Assembly: GCF_009914755.1 (NCBI RefSeq)
Contig: NC_060931.1
Direction: 5' to 3' (one strand)
DNA from: the human T2T-CHM13v2.0 reference genome, Homo sapiens
DNA: 64,000 bases
Shown: piece after piece, positions 56,285-64,000 of the stretch
Layout: every line of letters begins with the position of its first letter
Numbering within the stretch: position 1 is the first letter of the stretch
The notes under the pieces: model-generated
The model's database searches: none
Told to the model about the DNA's origin: nothing
Seen by the model: only the letters and a program-made list of their open reading frames with translations
Made by a program: the position numbers and the translations under genes

Positions 56285-57479
56285 CTAGGAAGATAAACCA
56301 AGCCAATAGATGTTAAAGAAAAAAAGTCATGATGATCTTAAAGCATTAGTGATTCAATGCTGATATTAATAACTATTTGTACTATTGCTGGATACCGCCT
56401 ATCTAATATAATGTCTTCAGCAGCCAAACATATTCAAGACATGTACTTTGTTAACATGTAATTAGCGGTCCAAAGGCATCTTCCCTCCCTCCCTCCCTCC
56501 CTCCCTTCCTATCTTCCTTCCTTCCTTCTGCAAGATTTATTAAGGTCTACTAAGTCCAGGTACTACTCTAGAAATAGGAGACACAGCGTGAACCAGATCA
56601 ATGGTGTCCTTGCTATCTGGAGTTAATAGTGAGGCAGTCCAAAAAATAAATGAGAAAACACATAAATAAATAATATAAACTCAGGTAATGAAGGAAAGAA
56701 AAGCGGGGTATGCAGAGGAAGAGAGAGTGGTGTGGAAAGGAAGTCCTTCTGAGATGGAGGTCAGGGAGGTCCTCTCTGAAGACTAAGACTAGAAGGAGCG
56801 CTTCAAGCATCTGAAGGAAGGAGTTTCCAGGTTGAGTAAAACCAAAATGCTGTGGGAATGATCTGCCCTAGTGGTTGGAGGGTGGGAGGGAGGGAGGGAG
56901 GGCAGGAGGAGGAAAAATGTGGCTGGAGGCATTGCCAGGGTCACATCATGCTGGGTGCACAGCCACGGGCTTTTGTCCTGAGTGCCCTAGGAAGCCACTG
57001 GAGGGACCTGTCAGGAGAGTAACAACAGCCTGGTTTGTGGTGAAGAGTCCTCTGCCTGTCATGTGATGAGATGACTGCAGGCAGCAAGAAGAGAAGCAGC
57101 GAGGGCAAAGGAAGGGCTCCTGCATGGTCTAGGCAAGAAGGAGTCGCTGCACTTCACTTAGGCTAAGGAGGCTCCTTTAAGACTTGAAACCAAGGTCACT
57201 GAAGCAAGATATAGTAATAAAACACAAATGTTGTAAGGAGGAATAATTTTATAAATGCAATACAAAGGCAGATCTTTCTTCATTCAGTTGTATTGATTAA
57301 GCACCTACTGTGAGTACGAATGTGAGCCTCTACAACAGATCTGCGTGTGTACTGTAAAGACTTTTAAATGTTCTGTATGATGATGTTTTGATATACTGAA
57401 GAACAAAATGAAACAAAAGCGTTCTGGCTAAGGAGACAGTGCTTCTCTTGGGGCTGGGGCTAGCCAACTCTTAGAGATT

Positions 57480-57840
57480 ACAAAAGGCCCAGCCTGCAAT
57501 GTGTCTTTGATTTGCAAACTGACCAATCCAGAACCACCCCCAACAAATCATCCTGGGCAACTAGAGACCACCCTTAGGCCTAGGATCTGCTGAAATTAAA
57601 CTAACTGATTCTAAACTATTCATCCAGCCCTGCCTTAGCCTTGCCTTTCTTTGCCGTGGAAAACCCAAAAAAAACCTTGGCTTAAGGGCTCCCCTTGCTC
57701 CTGTCTGCTGTCTCCTGACCTCCCTGCAGCTTCCCCATGTGGCCTTGTGTGGCCTGCCATGCCTCTTGTCTCTAGGACCTGGGAGTATTTTCTTTGTTTT
57801 TCTCTCCTCTGTGGCTGCACCTGACTGACCATCTCATCCA
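57480..57840 (+). mobile_element. Probable ERVL-type LTR remnant (family uncertain)
   Basis: LTR-like text: tgcaaactgaccaatccag CCAAT box, ...ctgactgaccatctca end; recognition from memory only. Confidence 0.4.
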
Positions 57841-57943
57841 AGAAGAGCACGACACACAGGAAGGAACATGGGAAGGGCTGGAGAAGCCGTGCAGTTGGAA
57901 GCAGCTGAGGAGGACTGTTGAAGGAAACACTGCCTCAAATCAG

Positions 57944-58175
57944 AGGAATAAATCATTCATTCATCATCCATTATTCCCTCGATAGATAAATCATTCACTC
58001 ATCAGCCATTTATCGATTCATTCATCAAATAAGTCATTTACCTACTCATTTGACAGATAAATCATTCACTAGACATCCATCTCTTCACTAGACAGATAAA
58101 TCAGTCACTCGCTGATCAAACATCTGTTCATTCGATAGATGAATAAGTCATTCGCTGATCATCAATTCATTCTAC
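57944..58175. repeat. Degenerate tandem repeat (agataaatcattcac units) at an L2-like 3' tail
   Basis: Motif recurs near 57948, 57984, 58028, 58055, 58094, 58142; followed by tttactgagtgcc.atgtgccagg L2 end. Confidence 0.65.
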
Positions 58176-58796
58176 AATGTGTTTACTGAGTGCCAATGTG
58201 CCAGGGACCGTGATCCATCTGGGAACATAGCATAAGCTGGCCATGGAAGCTTTCCTGGAAGAGCTCAGAGCAGAAGACACAGACACAGAAAGAGCCACTA
58301 AGTGCCAGGTGCCACCTGCTTCCCAGAGGAGGGAATAAATACTGAGCTGGTGTGTGTGTGTGTGTTTTGGGGGTTGGGGGGAAGGCGGGGGGAGTGGTGG
58401 TCCTTACAAGACAAGCCTGAGGAAGACTTCCCAGAGAGAAATGGAGCCAGACCTGAAGGAGGAGGCTCGCTGAGCAGATAACTTAGGAAGGACGTGGAGG
58501 AAGGCATTTTTGGCAGACGACACTCCATGACCAAGGCATGGAAGAGCTGGGATGCTCATCCTTGGGCCTGGGGCTACTGTTGGGATTTTGGAGCATAGGG
58601 TGAGAGAAGGGCAGAAAGAGGGGAGCTAGAAATAAAGGTTTGGTTCAGACCGTGCCATGTAAGAGTTCAACTTTTCCCTGTGATTCTGTGGAGCTCTCAG
58701 TGGCTGTGTAAGGGAACAGGTGGGAAATCCAGATTGCAGAAAGGCTGTGGAGGAGAGCTGAGTGGAGAGAGGCAGCAGGCATAGAAGCACAGTCAC

Positions 58797-58856
58797 CTGG
58801 CTGTCTTCCTCCCGATGGTATTGCTTCTTGAATGTCACTGTAATAGGCTTCAAAAT
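58797..58856 (-). CDS. PKD1L1: PKD1L1 exon ~19 (DFEAYYSDIQEAIPSGGRQP)
   Basis: cttatag|A, G|gtgact, 60 nt, phase 1-1; needed for the recalled residue numbering to fit. Confidence 0.88.
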
Positions 58857-59884
58857 CTATAAGAAAGGACAAAATCATAATGTTTCCTTTAAAATCACAG
58901 AATCCCCTGAAATTAACAGCAGCTCCCCTGATGGGTCACATTGTCCTTGGTGTATTTCTAGACTCCATACATTGCTCTGTGGATTACAAAATACCCTCAG
59001 TGGTGGTGTCTTCCCTCACTCATGACAGCTGGGCAAGGCAGGTTTCATTGCCCCAGGGCCCCAGGAGGAGGAGAGGGAGCTCCAATAGGTGTGTGGTTTC
59101 TAAGAATAACCCAGCAAGTAAGTTGAGACCAAGGCTCACATATGGGTCTCTGCCACCACACCCAGCATCCTATCCTCTCTTCAAGCGAGTCTTTTACTGT
59201 TCTTTTAGAGAAAATGTCTCACTCTTTTCTTTTAGAAGGAGAGAAATGGACACAAGAATGCCCTGCTGCAAATGTCGCCTCCTGTCCCCTCAGCCCTCCT
59301 TTCCCAGAGGCAGAGGAGCTCACAGCGGTCCCTCCAGCCAGCCAGCCAAGTCTGGGAGGCCTGGAGCACAGCTGAATTGACAAGAGCATGCAGAGCATGA
59401 GACCACCATAGCCCAAGAGTAAGCAGCAAAATCAGTAAGCAGCTGAGGACAGTGACAGAGAGACAGATGCCAGGTCAGAGCTTTTCTCATTATTACCTTT
59501 TCTCTCCATTTTTTAAGTACCAGAATGGTTTCCATCCCCCTGAAACCCAATGATAAAGTGAAGCAATTGATCCCAGGGCAGGGGAGAAGGATTAGGAAGC
59601 CGGTGTGGAGTAAACAACTACTGTAGCACAGACACTGCACACACGGGACCTCACTGCAGCCTCAGAACCTGCCATGGGTTTGTCATTTTCCCAGTTCAGA
59701 GATGAGGAATCCGAAACTCGATGACTATTGCACAACCAGCAAGTGGTGGGTGTGAACCTGGCGCTTTCTGATTTAAAGGCCCATGTTGATGTGATCTCAC
59801 ACCTTACCCACCAGATTCACTGCTTCCAAAGGTAACTTTGGTGCCTAGACAAGAGGGATGACATGCAGGAACAGTGGCACTTAC

Positions 59885-60253
59885 CAGAGAGGTGAGGGTC
59901 AGGGCTGTGGGTGGGCTGACTTCTCTCAGAGGGGCCAGTCATCAGGGATCCCTTGCTCTGTGGCCCTGGCTCTAGGTCTAGTGAACCTTCCTCTGGAGCC
60001 TCCCCCAGGACTGCAGAGTCCCCCGCAGGAGGAATCCAGTAGACTCCAGTCATGGGCTCTGTGGGGGTTCCCCTTGGAGCTGAAGTGGCAGGTTGGCCAA
60101 GGGTCACGGGTGAAGGTTCCCGTGAGAATGGTGTGGTCGTTGCATCAGGATCTGCAGTGCCAGGCTCAGTGGGCAGCAGGTTTAACTGTGATGACTCTGA
60201 AATGGCACCGAGTCCCAGCGAGCCAAGCAGCCCCACTACTCTGCAGAAGGGAA
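59885..60253 (-). CDS. PKD1L1: PKD1L1 exon ~18 (Pro/Ser/Thr-rich; VPFCRVVGLLG...SPDPHLS)
   Basis: cttaag|T acceptor, G|gtaagt donor, 369 nt, phase 1-1. Confidence 0.92.
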
Positions 60254-60635
60254 CTTAAGCAAACGTTTGGCAGTGTTAGAATTTTGCAGCAAAAATATAA
60301 AATATTTGCTTAAAAAGTCTACAGACTATGTAAGGATGCTATATTATAAACAAATCTGTTGTGAATTTGAAAACCTACACTTAAGAGATACAGGGCAGAG
60401 AGTGTGGTGTTGGCGTGTTCTGTGTTGGCATGTTGGCCAACAGCAAGAAGCACATGTATGGAAGTAGAAGGCAGGATTCACAGCGATTGCACCTGACGTT
60501 TGCTCTTCCAAGTCGGGGGGGAGGGATCTGCTGAATCCTATGCACTCCCAGGCATGACTTATTCATGGGTATTCTAGAAAAAACTTGGGATGTATGGGGT
60601 TTCTCTTAATCCTCACTCCCCTACCCGCCAGTAAG

Positions 60636-61050
60636 TGATATGGTTTGGATGTTTTGCCCCTCTAAGTCTCATGTTGAAATATAATCCCCAGTGTTGGAGG
60701 GGGAGCCTGGTGGGAGGTGTTTAGATCATGGGGGTGGATCCCTCACCAATGACTTAGTGCCCTCCTCGCTGTAATGAGTGAGTTCTTGCTCTGAGTTCGT
60801 GGGAAGTCTGGTTATTTAAAGGAGCGTGGCAACTGCCCTGCCGCCTCACTCCTTCTCTCACCATGTAATATGTCAGCTCCCTTTTGCCCTCCACCATGAG
60901 TAAAAGTTTCCTGAGGCCTCATCAGAGCAGATGCTAGCACCATGCTTCCTGTACAGTCTGCAGAACCATAAGCCAAAATAAACCACTTTTCTTTATAAAT
61001 TACCCAGCCTCAGGTATTCCTTTATAGCAGTGCAAGAAGGGAATAATACA
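60636..61050 (+). mobile_element. MaLR solo LTR (MSTB-like)
   Basis: tgatatggtttggatg...ataaattacccagcctcaggtattcctttatagca...aataca; 5-bp near-TSD gtaag/gcaag. Confidence 0.88.
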
Positions 61051-62186
61051 GCAAGTATCTAGTATAACAGTTTTCAAAACTGCTGTTAGAATTTATGATA
61101 AAGGATGAATAGCAAAGAAAAAAATACCATGAGCATATAAATGGCCTCTCAATAAAGCAAGCTTTTACTTGCAACCATGGGAGAGCCCAATTCTTTGAGA
61201 CATATCTAGGGGCCATGATTTACTTTGCTGAAAGTCTAACCACTGTGTGTTTCCACTGCAAGTTCCTCTAATCTATTCAGCATGGGCTCTGATTCAGAAA
61301 AGTTAAATTTACCTAAAAGAATTTGGAATGCCTCTCTTGCCAAGAAGGGCACAATCACCCTCTATGTCTTCATGTATCTGTGGCCGCTGAGGCCAGCTGT
61401 ACCCAAAGCTCTACTTGTGGAAGCTTTGAATGGCCTCATGGAGGGGATCTTCAAGAAATGTGAAGGTCAGCGGGGGCTTGGCACCAGCTCTGTTGTAGGA
61501 GCTGGCTCTCCAGCTCAGAAATAAAGCTCCTCTGTTTGCCATTCAGAGCCACCTCTCTGATCACAAATAGTGCCACGTGAGAAATCAGTCTCGCTCCTGG
61601 TTCAAACCTTCGTGTCCTGCAGCACCCAGTGTCCTGACACCAGTGCCCAGCACGCTGCAACACATTTTACTTAGCCCTGATACCACTCTGTGAAATAGTA
61701 GGATCCTCATCTTTCACCAAAGAAAATTAAATCTTAGAATTGCTTAAAGCCACCAGCTGGTAGTGTGGGAGCAAGGATTGGAACCTTCCGCCCTGGTTCC
61801 TCTGCTCATTCCTCACTGTGCAGCTGGCCCAAAAGACAGGCGAGGTGGTGACGGACACAGCCCTCTGGGCAGTGTGTCACATCGCAGGTCCTTCTGAACT
61901 GTGGCTTTAGCTCAATAAAACTGCCTACACAGGTGTTGGGCGCAGCCTTCCATATCACACTGAGGTCAGAAGCAGCCCTTGAGTGTGTCACCTCTTCTGC
62001 TCGTGCCTCACAAGTGTTCACACGGACTGTAGAGGCAAGAGGGGCTGGGGAAGCACGACGGACCGTTCACCAGGCAGATCAGACACACTGGGTCATACCA
62101 AATGTATTTTGCAACATTTTAGCAATCTCACAATAACCCTGAGTTTTTCCCTCAGAAAACAAAATAAAGCTATTAATCCTTTTTAC

Positions 62187-62347
62187 CTTCTATCCTATTC
62201 TTTTCTGTTGCATTGACTAAAAAGAGATCCCAGGAATAAGACAGATTCGGTATTTCACTGCAGTCCTCACACATAGCTTGAAGAGAGAGTTCGTCATTCC
62301 AGTTGACGAAGGTGTCTTTAAAGCTGACCCAGGAGATGTGGACGAAT
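62187..62347 (-). CDS. PKD1L1: PKD1L1 exon ~17 (REJ; (R)FVHISWVSFKDTF...EKNRIE)
   Basis: tttcag|A acceptor, G|gtaaaa donor, 161 nt, phase 2-1. Confidence 0.93.
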
Positions 62348-62489
62348 CTGAAATATATAAATTGGCTTGAGATCTTAGGAAAATAATGTGAGGGTTCTTT
62401 GGTCACATTAATTCATGTTAGGCATGTTTAAATCACCCTACTTTGGATCTTTATTAAGGGACTTCAATAGCAATGTCACAGCACATATG

Positions 62490-62640
62490 ATGGCACATAT
62501 GGAGTGGCCAACACTGTGCCAAGCTCGACACTCACGTGATCTGCTCTAACACTGTGAGATCCAGTGAGGCAAGGACACTGCCACCCTACAGAGTTCAGAG
62601 AGGCTGTGTAGCTTTTCCGAGTCACACAGCGGTGAGGGCA
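62490..62640 (-). mobile_element. MIR fragment, approximate
   Basis: actgtgccaagc..., cagagaggctgtgtagcttttccgagtcacacagc. Confidence 0.5.
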
Positions 62641-64000
62641 GAGCTGGGCCTGGTCAAGGTCCCTCTGTTTCCAAGCCTGGGCTCTGGCCCAGCTCTCCAC
62701 ACTAGAGCAGTTGCCACCACGTGATCCCTCTTCGCTGCCTTGCCTCAGGGCTTGCTTCTACCAGCTGCAAACCCATCCCCTCCCAAACTTTCCCCGTGGC
62801 CGTCCACCTTTGTGATTCCCACACAGCCTCAGATGCTCACAAAGAAAGATGTCTCCACTGCCTCGGCCCCGCCTCTTCCCTGTGCAGGGTTGTGGGTCAT
62901 GGGCAGTTCACACATCCCATGCCCACAGCCCGGCGCCCACCTCCCTTGGGCCTGCATTCCATGGCTGCCTTCTGTCAAGCCCTCTAGTCTCTTTGCTGAC
63001 CCAGCACTTTCCAGAGTGCACTTTTATGGTTTTTCATAATATCTCGGGGGTGGTTTGGGATTTAACAGATTTATTTCCTGTGGGACTTAGGGAGGGTTTA
63101 AAAGGCCAGGTCGGTAGATACTCTGGGGTGTGTGTGGTACCTGGTGTCTCCCATGCAAACATCCTATACTCTGCACCTGACGGCCCACGTCTCAGACCAA
63201 GGCCTAAGCACTCGACTCCCAGCACAGGGCTGAGGAGCCATGGTGGGAGAGGCCACACAGCGTCCTCGCCTGGCACTGGGCCCAGGCTGTGTGTGTGTGT
63301 GAAAGGGTGCATCTGTGTGGGTGCACAGTGGGGTGATGGGGGTGCAGACGGACATGGGCAAAGAGAGGTCCCTCCAGCCCCAGACCTCCTGGGGACATCA
63401 TCCACATAGGCCTGGACCTTCCTGACAGGATCAAAAGATGTTCACCTGATAGCTTTGGCACATATTGAAAGACTATTTTAAAATAAATTCTGTAATTATC
63501 TCATGAGTAGCAGAGGTATATAGTACATTATATTTTTGGAATAGAAGTATTTAGTTTGTTAAATTTAATGATTAATGATTTAAATTGTGCCCCAATTGTT
63601 GTAGCCTTGTACCTGGCATTTCTTCACTTTTAGTACATATCCAGAGCCTCAAATAACAGTCAGTAGTCGGGGCCTGTGGGGCTCCCTGGGCAGTGCTGTA
63701 TGACCTTGGGGCTCACCATGGCATGGCCCACTCTTATCCACTCAGCCTTATTTTCATGGCTCTAATCTTGAAACCCTGAATTCCAGTACAGGGAATGACC
63801 TTCAAAGCAGTCTTTCTGATCTCTGAGGACAGCAGATTTGCTTCCTCCTCCAGGAAGCCTTCCCAAACCACCCAGCCCACAAACAGGACCATAGTAACTG
63901 CCCAGCCCCCTTGCCCCTACCATCCATGATGGAAGCAGTTCGATCTGCCCAGGGCCTTCCAGGTGACATATAGGGCTATGGGCAGAGGGTCAGTCCCAGC

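Noticed and set aside
62347-64000. Additional PKD1L1 exon upstream of exon 17 and long ORFs at 62849-63461
   Set aside because: No exon with matching phase or recognisable PKD1L1 sequence; GC-rich intronic ORFs

Overview
Human (or very closely related great-ape) genomic DNA from the middle of the PKD1L1 gene (polycystin-1-like 1, chr7p12.3 by recall), which is transcribed on the minus strand. I mapped 29 consecutive GT-AG coding exons (62347 down to 1842; 4179 nt). They join in one open frame with consistent phases and encode about aa 892-2285: distal REJ region, GAIN/GPS, TM1, PLAT/LH2, TM2-TM5. Exon numbers 17-45 are inferred: cumulative exon lengths reproduce recalled landmarks (Cys1691/Cys1717, c.6473 donor). 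Introns hold about 20 Alus, old L1s, MaLR/MLT2 LTRs, MER5, MIR/L2 and microsatellites. Most entries in the ORF track are Alu/L1/microsatellite artefacts or antisense shadows. I found no evidence for a wholly new biological system. The best second-look items are: (1) a 95-bp tandem duplication that copies the exon-27 acceptor; (2) an in-frame, stop-free 93-nt intron; (3) a non-cleavable GPS motif; (4) an orphan ~100-bp retro-insertion inside an L1; (5) apparent gene conversion between adjacent Alus; (6) an old direct repeat flanking exon 37; (7) a candidate poison exon; (8) a 192-nt pure pyrimidine tract.
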